From Octopus vulgaris (Eukaryota), in contig OX597823.1 of the NCBI GenBank assembly GCA_951406725.2, positions 73,718,001-73,782,000 of the forward strand: a stretch of DNA of 64,000 nt. The letters are read 5' to 3'. Shown here piece after piece: positions 27,304 through 40,694 of the stretch; within the stretch, counting starts at the first letter, position 1, and the number at the start of each line of letters is the position of its first letter. The notes beneath the pieces were generated by a model. That model saw only the letters and a program-made list of their open reading frames with translations. It was not told the origin of the DNA and searched no databases. The position numbers and the translations under genes were made by a program.

Positions 27304-27760
27304 CCGTAAATCTTCGAGTATAGTCCTCCCTTGAGTATAATATGCACCCCTTCTCTAACCTGAGTCAAGGAGGTCTATATAATGTCATTGGTTTGTAAAA
27401 ATGTATGCGGTAACGTCCTTTATTATTATTGTATATATAACATAATGCAAATGTGTAGCTTTTTTGTGCATTTTGTTTGCAGAAAATAAAGAAATATCAG
27501 TAATAAAGTTTAATAAATATTGCTTACTGCAAGTTATGGATGATTCTTTTATGACTTCATTTGCTTTCAGGCTCAGCTTAAGGTAGTTTTGCGCCCGATA
27601 TCACAAAATGCGTCTGAATAAAAATTGCAGGACAGCAAATAGAGATTCAGACATTGCTTAGAAAATATTTTTCATTTTTAACCTCGTATATAGTACTCAC
27701 TAGGGATTTTGACCATTAAATTTTGGGAAAAAAATGCGGATTATACTCGAGGATTTACGA
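27304..27760. mobile_element. pogo/Tigger-type MITE
   Basis: TA|CCGTAAATCTTCGAGTATAGTCC ... GGATTATACTCGAGGATTTACGA|TA. Confidence 0.7.
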
Positions 27761-28808
27761 TACAAAACGAGTCAGAGGAGCTTCTACAAGGCTGCTCGAT
27801 CTTCTAGAAATAACAACCAAATCTCACAAGCTGCACATTTATCGTGTTAGAAACCGCAAAGACACTGGATAATGAAAAAAGAAAGAAAGAAAAGGTGGGA
27901 TGGTCAAAACTGGAACATTTTGGTCATACGTCTCCTCATTTATGGTTGGCTAACATAATAAAAAAATTACTTTATCAATGCAACCAAGCAATATTGGATG
28001 GTAAAGTTGATCTTTGATAGTCTTTGAAGTTTGAATCTGTAGAGATTAAATAATGTCAACACTATCAATCCTTTTCCTCGGCCACACGAAATATTGTGAT
28101 TTTGTGTCAAAGAAGAATTATATATTACCGTTATACTAAAATGGTAACCAAATCCAGTGATCTGTGTGGTAAGTAGCTTGCTTACCAGCCACATGGTTCT
28201 GGGTTCAGTCCCGCTGCGCGGCACCTTGGGCAAGTGTCTTCTACTATAGCCTCGGGCCGACCAAAGCCTTGTGAGTGGATATGGTAGACGGAAACTGAAA
28301 GAAACCCGTCGTATATATGTATGTGTGTGTCTGTGTTTGTCCCCGCACCATCGCTTGACAACCGATGCTGGTGTGTTTACGTTCCCGTAACATAGCGGTT
28401 CGGCAAAAGGAGACCGATAAGTGTATAAAAGTGGTTATCCTGTGTGGTCCGTACAGCCTGCACTCCTCCACCCGACATCACTGACCAAATCATCTAATTT
28501 AAAAAGATGCGAGATTAAGGCTGAAGTGCGTTTGATTCTAGGCCTCACAGGTCAAAGCTAACCTAGAGCAAAACAACATTTTATATTTTTGAGTGTTTTC
28601 TTTGTCTGCTAGAAATAGCAACCACATCTCCAAGTCATATGTTACTATCTTAATAAAAGGAAAGAAACATTGGAAAATATATACTTATGTCTGGAAAAAG
28701 ACCGGGTAGTCATTGCCAAAATTCTTTTGGCCTTAGGTGTGCTAATGCTGACCTGGTGCTGAATAATATCGATCATATCGTCTGTATATGATATGATTAA
28801 TGTGTGAA

Positions 28809-28845
28809 CTTCCCTTTGATCTTAGCCAAAAGGCCGTGAAGCGAT
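28809..28845 (-). pseudogene. 5'-terminal U2 snRNA fragment
   Basis: Reverse complement ATCGCTTCACGGCCTTTTGGCTAAGATCAAAG matches the U2 5' end with one mismatch; similarity ends at the branch-site recognition region. Confidence 0.85.
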
Positions 28846-29016
28846 TTTTGATGTATAATCTTGTTAAAAATGTTCGATATAAACATATATTTAACAACAG
28901 GAATTGCACTGTCTAACCAAACAGAATTATTTAGTTTTGTCTTTGTTTATTGGCAATAGGCATGATGTGTAGTTCTGGGTTCGATCTCACTGTACAGTAC
29001 CTTGGATAAATATCAT

Positions 29017-30200
29017 CTATGGTAACTCTTTGGTGGGGATACTGCTGGATTCATTCACCATAACTTCTTAAAACCCGGAAAAACCATTACTGCAGAAACA
29101 TATTGCCATGAAATTGCCAAAATGAACAAAAAACTGCTACTCCTCCATCTCAGACTGGCCAACAGAAGAGGCTCAATCATTCTTCATTACAATGCTCGAC
29201 CACACGTTTCACTAATGACGCTTCAGAAGTTGAGGGAACTTGGCTACGAAGTTCTTCCCCAACCAGCTTATTTCCCAGACCTTTCTGCTACTGACTACCA
29301 CTTTTTCAAGTACCTTGATGGTTTCCTGGGGAAGGACTTCGTAGAGAAGTTCCCTAAACTTCTGAAGCGTTATTAGTGAAACGTGTGGTCGAGTAATGTA
29401 ATGAAGAATGATTGGCCCTCTTCTGATGACCAGTCGGGGACGGAGGAGTAGCAGTTTTTTGTTCATTTTGGCAATTTCATGGCAATATGTTTCTGCAGTA
29501 ATGGTTTTTCCGGGTTTTAAGAAGTTATGGTGAGTGAATCCAGCAATATCCCACCAAAGAGTTACCATAGCCTTTTTGAAAAGCTCGGGTTTAGGGAAGG
29601 TTTTCGGTGCTTCATTTTGGTCCAACCACAGCAAAGAAAGTTTTTTTTTTATTATTATGCAGAACCCACTTTTCATCGCAAGTTACAATACGGTCGAGAA
29701 ATGGATCGATCTGGTTACGGAGAAGAAGCGACAAACAAATTTCATATCTGCGCATTTTCTGATTTTCTTTCAAATCGTGTGATACCTATTTGTCAAACTC
29801 TTTTGATTTTCTGATCGCATGCAAATGGTTGCAGGTAGTTTTCTAGCAAACTTGAAGTTCTTCTCGAGAGGTTTTACGTAGTTCTTTCTCAATGACGGTC
29901 TTTAATTGACCATCATCGATGAGAGATGGGCGTCCACTACGCTCACGATCTTCAAGGCTCAGGTTTCCATTGCGAAATCGTTTAAACCATTTTTGAACTG
30001 ACCACTCATTGGTCATTTCTTCACCAAACGTTCCGTTGATATCGCGAGCAGTTTCAGCTGCTTTACGTCCTTTTTTGAAGTTGAATAGCAAAATTGCTCG
30101 AATATCGCGATTTGGCAGTTCCATTTCAGATGTTTGGAACAACGGTAAAAAGAAATATCAATGTTAATTTATTGATGCATTTGGGCAAGTCTATATCTGT
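29017..30200 (-). mobile_element. Rearranged mariner transposase pseudogene with inverted duplication
   Basis: Minus ORFs give the HTH region (IRAILLFNFKKGRKAAETARDIN..WFKRFRNGNLSLEDRERSGRP) and the DDD region; 29017-29326 repeats part of it on + through PAYFPDLSATDYHFF. Confidence 0.88.
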
Positions 30201-30591
30201 ATTATCAGCAGTGAGCTGGCAGAAACGTTAGCACGCCGGGCGAAATGCGTAGCCGTATTTCGTCTGCCGTTACGTTCTGAGTTCAAATTCCGCCGAGGTC
30301 GACTTTGACTTTCATCCTTTCGGAGTCGATAAATAAAGTACCAGTTACGCACTGGGGTCGATGTAATCGACTTAACCCCTTTGTCTGTCCTTGTTTGTCC
30401 CCTCTATGCTTAGCCCCTTGTGGGCAGTAAAGAAATATATATCTGTATTATCAGACAATTGCAAAAATAAGAAGAGATTGTTTTTAAAAAATTCAAAATT
30501 CTGCGAAAATCCGGTACATCTTCTTTGTTTAAAACGTTGCTTTCTCTAATTGATATAATGTATTTTATTATTTTCTTTTCTTTTTATCCAG

Positions 30592-31238
30592 GTGATGAAG
30601 CCGGTGGAAACTTAGCTGCAGCAGTTTCTCTTAGGCTCGCAGTTGAGACTGCATTTCCTACTCTAAGAGCTCAAATTCTTATAAGTCCGCCTCTTCAAGC
30701 ATTTGATTTTCTCACTCCATCGATGTTGTTTCATGACAAAAGTGTTCCATTTATAATGAGTCGAAGAATGATCACACAGAATTGGCTCAACTATTACCAA
30801 GGTCACACTAAAAATATTGATGAATTTTTGATCAATAACCACACAGCACCTCTTTTGAAAGAATCCGAAGTCTCCCAATCTGTGTCTGTTCATCGACTAC
30901 CCGAAAGGTACCAGAAGCAACATACTGTTCAAACGTCGACTGACTTTGGTGACGAAGATATTTCTTATGATTTTGAGCCAGTTCTTTTAAACCCATACTT
31001 TTGCCCACTGTTTGCACAAGATTTCAAAAAGATACCGCAAGCATATGTTATTTCAATGGAATTCGACGTTCTAAGAGATGACGGCTTTCTGTTTGTTGAG
31101 AGATTGCGTCAATCTGGCGTGAAAGTATATCACGACCATTTTAACGAAGCCTTTCATGGGATATTAATGTATGAACATTTTGAAACGAGAGATAAAATCA
31201 TAGCTTCATTGGTCAGTTTTATTAAAGGCAGCGTTTAA
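30592..31238 (+). CDS. AADAC/NCEH1-like terminal exon B, nucleophile Ser replaced by Glu (putative pseudo-esterase)
   Basis: Long pyrimidine tract plus ccag acceptor in the same phase as exon A; (G)DEAGGNLA, LLNPYFCPLF, FDVLRDD, HGI; uninterrupted ORF; ATTAAA and AATAAA downstream. Confidence 0.88.
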
Positions 31239-31441
31239 TAGCAATTTTATCCCCATTAAACATTTAATCAATTGATTACACACAATCGCCCGTTCGTATG
31301 ATTTACGTGTGTATTCGTGAGAATGAGTGTATGCGTGTACTGACAGCTAATCATTATTTTTAATCAGCAAAAGCACAATTTTTTTCTAATTAAATAAAAA
31401 TAAATGAATTATTATTGTTACTGCTTTTCATTTAGAGTTTG

Positions 31442-31853
31442 GGATCTTTTCGGTTTGAACGGCAGTTTTTAACATAATTTCTAGGTAACTAAAAAGTTTT
31501 AAACTTCGTATACTGGTAGAATGTGTTTATAAAACATCTTTTTCTCTTGGCTTTATTAAGAAAATTCTATAGTTTGTAAGATATTTGTTGTTTTTTTTTC
31601 TTCAATTTCTGCAATTTCAACCAATCAGAGACGTCTATTGAGTTAAAAAGCATTCTGTGCTGTATGAGTATGTCCCTCGTTTAAGAAACAGATTGGGTTT
31701 ATTTACATTTCTGAAGAAAAAAAGATACCCTTTCCCCCACCCCTAACCCTAAAAGAGATTGAAATGCAATAGATCGATTCTAGGGTCATAATTATGAGTG
31801 ACAATTTCATATGACACCGCTAGAAAAAACTGCCGTTCAAACCGAAAAGATCC
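31442..31853. mobile_element. Merlin-like MITE
   Basis: GGATC..GATCC TIRs, exact 8-bp TSD AGAGTTTG. Confidence 0.82.
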
Positions 31854-32342
31854 AGAGTTTGCATGCTTGGGCGAAATTGAACCACCAGCCAGGTGGTTTG
31901 AATCCTACCAGTTACACAGCATTTGGGCCTTGGTTAAGACATTTGAATATCACCAACCAAGTCAATCAATTAAAATTTCGCATGTAAACCGTGGCAGCAC
32001 TTCATTATCGATGAGAAGTACCTTGGCTTTCAGTAACCATCAGAGGAAAACTCTGAAACAGATATTTTTAACGAATAGAGAACGTAGTCACTCGTCTGCT
32101 AAATAGAACAAAAGTCTGAGTTAGCACCAGACTTAGACATCCTTGTGATTTGCAAAAAGCTTTATTTTCACATAAACACACGCTCATGAACGATGATTTT
32201 TTTTTTCCATGACATAATAATCTTCCTGCAGCTTGACATGTATCGTAAATATGTATATCTTAGCGATATGTGTTAATGTATTGCATATGTTTGAAAAAAA
32301 AGCAAGACAGTTATCACAGTTAGTGTCGGCATTAGTTTAAGA

Positions 32343-32927
32343 GGATCTTTACTTTTTGACCGACAGATTAAAAAATTTTTTTTTTGTTGTAACTAAACAC
32401 TTTCAAACTTCGTATACTTGTAGAATGTGTCACATAAAACATCTTTTACTCTTAGCGTTGTTGAGAAAATTCTGTATTTTGGAAGTTATTTTTTGTTGAA
32501 GTTTCCTTCGTGCTTCATTTTTCATTTTTTCAGTAACTCTAACCCTAAAACTCCAACCCTAAAACCTTAACACTAACCCTAACTCTAACTCTAAAACCCT
32601 AATCCTAACCCTAAAACCCTAGCCCTAACCCTAAAACCCCAACCCTAACCCTAAAACCTTAAAGCTAACAGTGACAAACGAAATATATACCGCCGATAGT
32701 TGTTGACAAATAACAGCACTAATTTTTTTCAGCTGAATACACGTCATTGATTGGTTGAAATTACCGAAATACGACAACACGAAATAACTTCCAAAATACA
32801 GAATTTTCTCAATAACGCCAAGAGTAAAAGAGGTTTTATGTGGCACATTCTACAAGTATACGAAGTTTGAAAGTGTTTAGTTACAAAAAATTATTTTTTA
32901 AATATGTCTGTCAAAAAGTAAAGATCC
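32343..32927. mobile_element. Merlin-like fold-back MITE with degenerate (CCCTAA)n tract
   Basis: GGATC..GATCC ends, TSD GTTTAAGA/GTCTAAGA, telomere-like tract at ~32535-32662. Confidence 0.8.
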
Positions 32928-35494
32928 GTCTAAGATTATGTTTAAGAATATAGTTTTAAACTGGGGCTTCGAATCAGAATTAGTATTAAGATAAGTGTCT
33001 GACTATAAAAATATCGTGGGGTGCTATTTAACGACTGTCTTTTTTTTTTTTTTTTTTACGATGTACAAATGTAACGGATGGTATTAAGTAAAAACTCCTT
33101 CTAGTGACTCAATAATTACGTTTTTAGATATAAACAAGCAGTAAAAAGCAAGTTACATCAATGTATTAATAATAATGACACTAACAAATGCTTGCACATG
33201 CATAGTTATAATAAATGCTGACGCAAGTATAAAATGTTACTTGTAAAACCTATACACATGAAAGAATTCAGATTCTCTTGCGCAAACGAAGTACTACAAG
33301 CACAAGTCAATAACATACAAACAAGTTTGTTGACTAAGCTATAAAACAGTATAAAATATGGAACCAAATTCAATGCAGTAAATATATCAAACAGAAAGCG
33401 CATCGAATTAAACATAAACAAACTACTATGTATCTTGGTTATGGAATATATGTAAATATTATCAAACAAAATCGTACACTAGGAAATGAAATATAGTAAG
33501 GTGTTACACTTAAACGCTCATCATATATTACGGAAACACGAAAATGAAATAAACTCACGAGCAGCAACGTCTGCTAGCCGCTGTATATCAATTGAGCAAT
33601 GTTGTGTAAAATTTGTAGATCATTCGCTCGAAACAAGGGTTTTGGGGTTTTTTTTGGGTTTTTTTTTTCGTATTTCACTTGGCTACTAAGCTTATTAATA
33701 CCTACGATCGCTCGACTTGCTAAAACTTCTAAATCTTCGTCAAATTATACCATATCACACTGAAAAATAAAGGTTACATTGTACGATACAGCCTGTATTT
33801 TAAAATCGATATGGCCACAGAAAAAACGCTTTTAGCCATAGGTCTACTTGTTCAGGTAACCGGTAATAAAGTCACAGGGGAAAAAAAGTCAGTAATAAAG
33901 TCACAATTGTGGCTTGGAAAAAAAGTAACATTTGTGGCTTGGAAAAAAAGTCACAATTAATTTATGGGATCCGGACAAAACACTCCCTAGGACAACCCCT
34001 CCCTCGGGACAGAACCCCTGTGACTTTTTTTAGAGGATTCGAGGAAAACACTACTCATTTATATCCAACGAGACAAGCTATAAAGTTTATGACGCTAACA
34101 GATTGCTAATACAAATGCCTCTCTTTGGTGATAACAGCCAAGGAGCTAGACAAATTGATATCTGGGAATCCTGATAGATGGTGACATTGGACAGATGATA
34201 TTTTTACACCTTTTTACCATAAGAAATATTATTCTATCAAGTTTAAAGTGATTTCTTCTGTGCCACAAACTATTTACCATTTCTGTGGTGGCCTCCCCCA
34301 TTTCCCTTGATGTCCTAAGCACCCGCTTATTTTGCTTAACGATTAATCCAGCGCTGTATATATATTCAGCATACAATCTACTCTTCGTTTGTAGAAAGCC
34401 TTGCTGCTAGTAGAGGTAATAGCTCCCTGAACTTTTTACAACTTGTCTTTCTCTGGATGCTTTCAGAGCATCTTCCTCTATTATTGATTACATTGCCCAG
34501 GCAACAGAAGCCGTCTGCTACGTCTATAGCACCACCCAAGAATTGAAAGTATTTTATTTTACAACTGATCAGACAATTAAGTACTTTTATACGTTGACTA
34601 CATACAAAAATCTTTATTCTGTCAGTCTATCTGTGATTCTAGTTTCTCTTTTGTGTATTCTTTGTTCAAATTGTAAAAATGAGAAACATTCTCAAAGAAA
34701 AGAAAAAAAATCTGATTGATTTGCATCCCTGAATACAATCGATCAGATGCACAGCAAAAATTTATATAACACTTCAGGAATTCTCCGGTTGAAATCATTG
34801 ATCTGAAGACGGGATACATTCATACTCACGCACGTAAACAATAATGAAGTATTCATACTTACGTATTTAGGAGACATACATACCCCAGCCATTACTACCA
34901 CACAACTTACAGAAGTGCAAGTTTATCATCACGCATGTGCACACACCTAAACAGACCAGCCAAATCAGATAACCACCAAAACCCCAAGAGCCTCTTTAAT
35001 ACAAAAGAACTTTTGTCACTTTGTTAGTGACCGGCTTGGATTCTGGAAAGGAAAAGACCTCGAATAAATCTCAAAGAAAGATAACACACACACACACATA
35101 TACATGCATACATACATACATACATACATACATGCATGCATACATGCATAAATACATGCATAAATACATACATACAGACCGACATACATACAGACAGACA
35201 GACGTGATGTAAACGGTACTCATATCGAAAGAATGCCATTAGTCTACTGGTTAAATTTGATTCCGGCCAGAAATTTAAATTCAGAAAGCGAAGGGGTAAA
35301 ACTTAATGTCTATGTTGTTGTTGTTGTTACTGTTTTTGTTGATGACGTTGTTGCTGTTGTACTTTTTGTACTTTACCCAGTAGTAGAACAATACTTCATG
35401 TGTCTGTTTTGTTTTTAAGATGGTAAGAAGAGATCTGAGAATGACTAGCTGCTATTTCTAGCAGCTGGAAGCTCCCTCGTTAGTTCGTAATTAC

Positions 35495-35770
35495 ATTCAT
35501 ACATACATACATACATGCGTACGTACGTACGTACATCCATCCATCCATCCATCCATCCATCCATACATACATACATACATACATACATACATACATACAT
35601 ACATACATACATGCGTACGTACATCCATCCATCCATCCATCCATCCATCCATACATACATACATACATCATACATACATACATACATACATACATACATA
35701 CATACACACATACATACATACACACATACATACATACACACATACATACATACACACACATACACACATA

Positions 35771-35809
<39 letters not shown>

Positions 35810-35814
35810 ACACA

Positions 35815-35861
<47 letters not shown>

Positions 35862-35930
35862 CATACATACATACATACATACATACATACATACATACAT
35901 ACATACATACATGCATACATGCATACATAC
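35495..35930. repeat. Compound microsatellite (TACA)n/(TCCA)n/(CA)n
   Basis: Seen directly; further (TACA)n at 36443-36590 and (TATG)n at 62530-62596. Confidence 0.95.
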
Positions 35931-36699
35931 GTATCTTTTAAATTTGTTGATGGGAAACGTTTTGAATAAGCAAATAAAGCTCCTATCCTAATATGCCGGC
36001 CACAGTCTAATGATACTGATCATCCCAGAAATATGGACTGTGAGCTTAAGAGACGTAAATTGTGGAAACGCGCGTAGCGATGCATCATATGTTTATAAAT
36101 TCCATCCAAGGATTATGACATACATACATACATACATACATACATACATACATACATTATTATGGCTGCCCCCTCGTTATCGAGTATGGCCATTGCACGA
36201 AGCTTAACTGTTACTGGTGCTGTGATCGAATGTGACTTTTTAGCCCAGCCAAATATCTACAATGCCTTGTACAGAATTGGCAACTAAAACCTTTACCGGT
36301 AATAGCCGGCTGTAGTTGTAACTGGGCTTCATGTACCTTTGCAGTTTAAGTCCTCCTGCCGAATTACACTCTCTTCCACATGCCCGACAGATATGATTAA
36401 AAAGTTGTCTTACACCACCACCACCACCAGTGGCCAGGTTGTCACATACATACATACATACATACATACATACATACATACATACATACATACATACATA
36501 CATACATACATACATACATACATACATACATACATACATACATACATACATTCATACATACATACATACGTACGTACATACATACATACACATATTAGCT
36601 CTTCTTTGGATCGTATAACGCGTTTGATAGCTTGCTGATATTTTCCGCATATTGCAGATCTTCATGTTGAATACTCAAACTACAAATTCTATCCATTAT

Positions 36700-37410
36700 T
36701 TGATGCGTATATATAGGTACTGTACAAAAAAACTTCGCGAGTTGGACTAAGAAAGAAAGGTTACCAATGGATATTCTGACAGAATAGCAAAACTAGGAGA
36801 AATGTTGTGAGATATCATGACTAAATGTACCAGACTGAAGACGAGAAATGGCACCAAAGATATGACAGTCAGGAAATTAATACACGTAGTCAGCTGAGTA
36901 AAGGAAGTTATCGAAGCGCATGTCATGGAAATTGAACCAGAATTGAACCGCGATTCTTCTTGAGAGTAAAACACAATGTGCTTCTATCTCCAGCAAATAT
37001 TTAACGACGAGAGTGAAGTGATCCGTCGATGTAGAGGCTATGCATCGATTGCTGCATATTCTGGCAGCACATAGATAATTCCAAAACAAAAATAGTACAG
37101 GCGGATTAAAATGATGAAAATCAATGCCAATTTGCACTTTGTTTTCCTCAAGGAAAGCTAGAAAGGGCTACAGAGCAGCATAAACAAAAAGGGATACAAG
37201 ATTCAAATTCCTGAAATAACAGTAAAAACTAGATGCAGGAGTATTTGGAGGAAGCGCACTTGTTTCTTAACCATACAGTTTTAAAATGCATTGGTTTTAT
37301 AACGTAATCTAATACGACAAAAACTTAGTGATTATTAAACTGACCGTACCTTGGAAGTACAATATGGAGTGGGCACGTGAAAAGAAATTCCTAAATGACG
37401 AAATACTTGG
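36700..37410 (+). mobile_element. Degenerate non-LTR retrotransposon with restriction-like endonuclease (HERO/NeSL-like)
   Basis: Remnants LHILAA and IIKLTVPWKYNMEWAREKK resemble the zinc-knuckle HIL..C and ELTVPWE..AHERK REL motifs. Confidence 0.5.
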
Positions 37411-37923
37411 ACGAGTCTGGCTCATAAGGGCAGGTTTTCCGGTTTCCTTGGCGTATAGGTTCCCCACCTGGACGGGACACCGGTCCGTCGCAGGTGAGCT
37501 GCAAGATGCAGGAGGAAAGAGTGAGAGAAAGTTGTGGCGAAAGAGTCAGCAGAAGTTCGCCACTACCTTCTGCCGAAGCCGTGGGGAGCTTAGGTGTTTT
37601 TGCTCATAAACACACACATCGCCCGGTCTGAGATTCGAACCCGCGAATCCGCTGCTCTAACCACTAGGCCATGTGCCTCCATGAGTCGTGTGTAGTACAA
37701 TACACCAACAGAGGTGGGATATCGTGGGCACTGTGGTATACTGGTGTGCGGCGAAACGATGCTAGGTGTGTTGCAGTGTAACTTGAATATAACATTTTTT
37801 TCCTATGCCTTTAGTTATATTCTTAGTTCAGGTATTCCGCCGAATTTTGAAAAGAATGTAAGAGTACCACAAGCGAAAAAAGGTTGCAGAGCATTGGCTT
37901 AGTAGAATAATTTGTAAACTATA

Positions 37924-38084
37924 GGCGCAGGAGTGGCTGTGTGGTAAGTAGCTTGCTTACCAACCACATGGTTCCGGGTTCATTCCCTCTGCGTGTCACC
38001 TTGGGCAAGTGTCTTCTACTATAGCCTCGGGCCGACTAAAGCCTTGTGAGTGGATTTGGTAGACGGAAACTGAAAGAAACCTGT

Positions 38085-38137
<53 letters not shown>

Positions 38138-38345
38138 CTGTGTCTGTGTTTGTCTCACCAGCATCGCTTGATAACCGATGTCGGTGTGTTTACGTCCCCG
38201 TAACTTAGCGGTTCGGCAAAAAGAGACCGATAGAATAAGTACTAGGCTTCCTAAGAATAAGTCCTGGGGTCGCTTTGCTCGACTAAAGGCGGTGCTCCAG
38301 CATGGCCACGGTCAAATGACTGAAACAAGTAAAAGAGTAAAAGAG
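37924..38345 (+). mobile_element. tRNA-derived SINE (family B)
   Basis: Head GGCGCAGGAGTGGCTGTGTGGTAAG..GGGTTCA, internal microsatellite, (GTAAAAGA)n tail. Confidence 0.85.
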
Positions 38346-38825
38346 TATAGAGTAAAACAGAGAAACGTTTCGTCATTGACATGACAACAGAATGAGAGAG
38401 GAAGATAGCAAAAGACAAATTCCTAACAAGTAGTACAACAAAATTGTTGATGTATGGTTGGTGTGGTTACAGCTGTGCACGGTATAAATGAAAGGAGTGG
38501 GGGTAAAAAGCATGTTACAGCGTGGGCCAAAAGAGGCCGAACGTGGCACTATTGAAGTGAACAATACTGGGTGCCGGTGTAGTATGTGATCTACATGCCA
38601 TTGTGATCCGCAGCAAATTAAATCTAGACTAGCTTGTGAGTTGCAATTATAAGAGGGGTTAAACGAAGAGTTCATAGCGACTGAGAAATTCTATTGCAGC
38701 TTCTTCATCTCGAATAACCTGTGTGTAAAATTCTTTTGCTCTCATCACTTACTTCTTTCAATGGGCTCAGGATAAAAAGTGTATAAATCATTAAGTATTT
38801 TTTGGTTTATGTACCAAACCAACTG

Positions 38826-39260
38826 GGATCTTTTCGGTTTGACCGGCAGTTTTTTCTAGCAGTGTCATATGAAATTGTCACCCATAATTATGACCCTAGT
38901 ATTGATCTATTGCATTCCAATCTGTTTTAGGGTTAGGGTTAGAGTTAGGGTTAGTTAGGGGTGGGGGGAAGGGTATCTTTTTTTCTTCAGAAATGTAAAT
39001 AAACCCAATCTGTTTCTTAAACGAGGGACATATTCATACGGCACAGAATGTTTTCACCTCAATAGACATCATTGATTGGTTGAAATTGCAGAAATTTAAG
39101 AAAAAACAACAACAAATATGTTACAAACTATAGAATTTTCTCAATAAAGCCAAGAGAAAAAGATGTTTTATAAACACATTCTACCAGTATACGAAGTTTA
39201 AAAGTGTTTAGCTACGTGGAAATTATTTTAAAAAAACTGCCGGTCAAACCTAAACGATCC
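38826..39260. mobile_element. Merlin-like MITE
   Basis: GGATC..GATCC ends, degenerate 8-bp TSD ACCAACTG/ATCAATTG, internal TTAGGG repeats. Confidence 0.78.
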
Positions 39261-40273
39261 ATCAATTGGAAGTCGAGTAAATAGATGAATTTTAAATGAG
39301 GAACAGAAAGTCGGTGTGGATCACAAACTATACCATTTGAACTGATGTAGATCACAAGCTATACCAGAAATATGTATTTAGATCACATACTACACCGGCA
39401 CCTATTACTGTTGGAAGTGCTTTAATACTTGTAGCAGATGACGAAGTGAATGCTCCAGAGAACAAGCTGTATATATAATATGATAATAATGTTCATGTGT
39501 GTAGGTGTGTTTGAGAGTTTATTTGTTAATGGCCAAGTGGTCCGGCTTGGAACCGAATAGATGGCTTCGATGAAGCGAGGAGCCTGGTCGGACAGAAAAC
39601 TTGAAGTATTGGACGTTTGGACTCAAAAAGAGTCTACAAAATGTAAAAAAAAAAAAGTGAGAGGATTAATGCCTCGTGTGTGTGATTTTTTTTTTTCAAT
39701 ATTGAACTATGTAAGAGGTTTATCGCCTCATTGTGCTGGAAGAAAAAAAAAAAAAGAACAATGTTTAAGAGAAGCGAAAGTCGGCGGGCGCTTTTCGTGT
39801 TCTCCCATCTTTATCATCCTTGTATCATCATCATCATTCAACCCATTAATGTCTGTGTCCAGCCCGCAAGCTTCTCTCTGTGTGCTGCCCTTGTGGCAAA
39901 TTAAATGAAAAATATGAATGCACACCTGAAGAGTTAACTTAAAAGCGTTACGTCTGTAAATCCCTCAGCGATTAATTTATGACGTCACGAGCTCTATGAT
40001 GATTCGTCATGTCACGTAACACTTTGCTTTTTGAAACTAATAAGGAGAAATACGAGCAGTTTGGATTTTTACTTTACAAGTCAACATGGGTAAGCAATAT
40101 TCATTCTTTTGAAAAATCTCTGAGTTAATTGAGAGGATTTCAGTAATTAATCTGGCGATCATTCGGTTCTAGATACATAGCTGTCAATTATAAACCCACG
40201 TGGGTTTATTTACATTTCTGAAGAAAAAAAGAAACCCTTACCCCACCCCTAACCCTAACCCTAATCCTAACTC

Positions 40274-40694
40274 GGCAATCTTTCGCGTCTAGTAGACCTT
40301 TCCGTCGATTTCCGTAAAAAAATTAATTTTTTTTACATATGGGCTTGCAGGAACTTTTGAAGTAATGAGAGCGAAAGAGACTAAGAGAAAGCGATTGTAT
40401 GACGAGGGAAGTTCTTTTGAAGTTACCGTGCATGGGAGCATTGATGTACATGTGTGTGTGTGTGTGTTTGATGGGGTGTGGGAGACAGACAGTATGTTGT
40501 GTAAGTGAAGTGCTTCTGTTAGTGTGTGTGAAGAGACAGAGTAATGTGTGAAAGAAAGAGATAACTGAAATTTTTTACTCGGTGTATGTGTATATGTATG
40601 TATATTACTTCAAAAGTTCCCGCAAGCCCATATGTAAAAAAAAAAATTTTTTACGGAAATCGACGGAAAGGTCTACTAGAGACGAAAGATCGCC
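40274..40694. mobile_element. Second Merlin-like MITE family, inserted in a telomere-like tract
   Basis: ~85-bp TIRs with GG..CC ends; exact 8-bp TSD CCTAACTC at 40266-40273 and 40695-40702. Confidence 0.8.

Noticed and set aside
29122-30142. Domesticated SETMAR-like gene
   Set aside because: Frameshifts, stops, inversion and no SET domain.
32535-32662. True telomere or chromosome fusion site
   Set aside because: Degenerate tract enclosed within MITE TIRs and TSD.
35021-36638. Long YVCM/HTYI ORFs
   Set aside because: Translations of TACA/CA microsatellites; the same applies to 41235-42177, 53801-54057 and 61728-62942.
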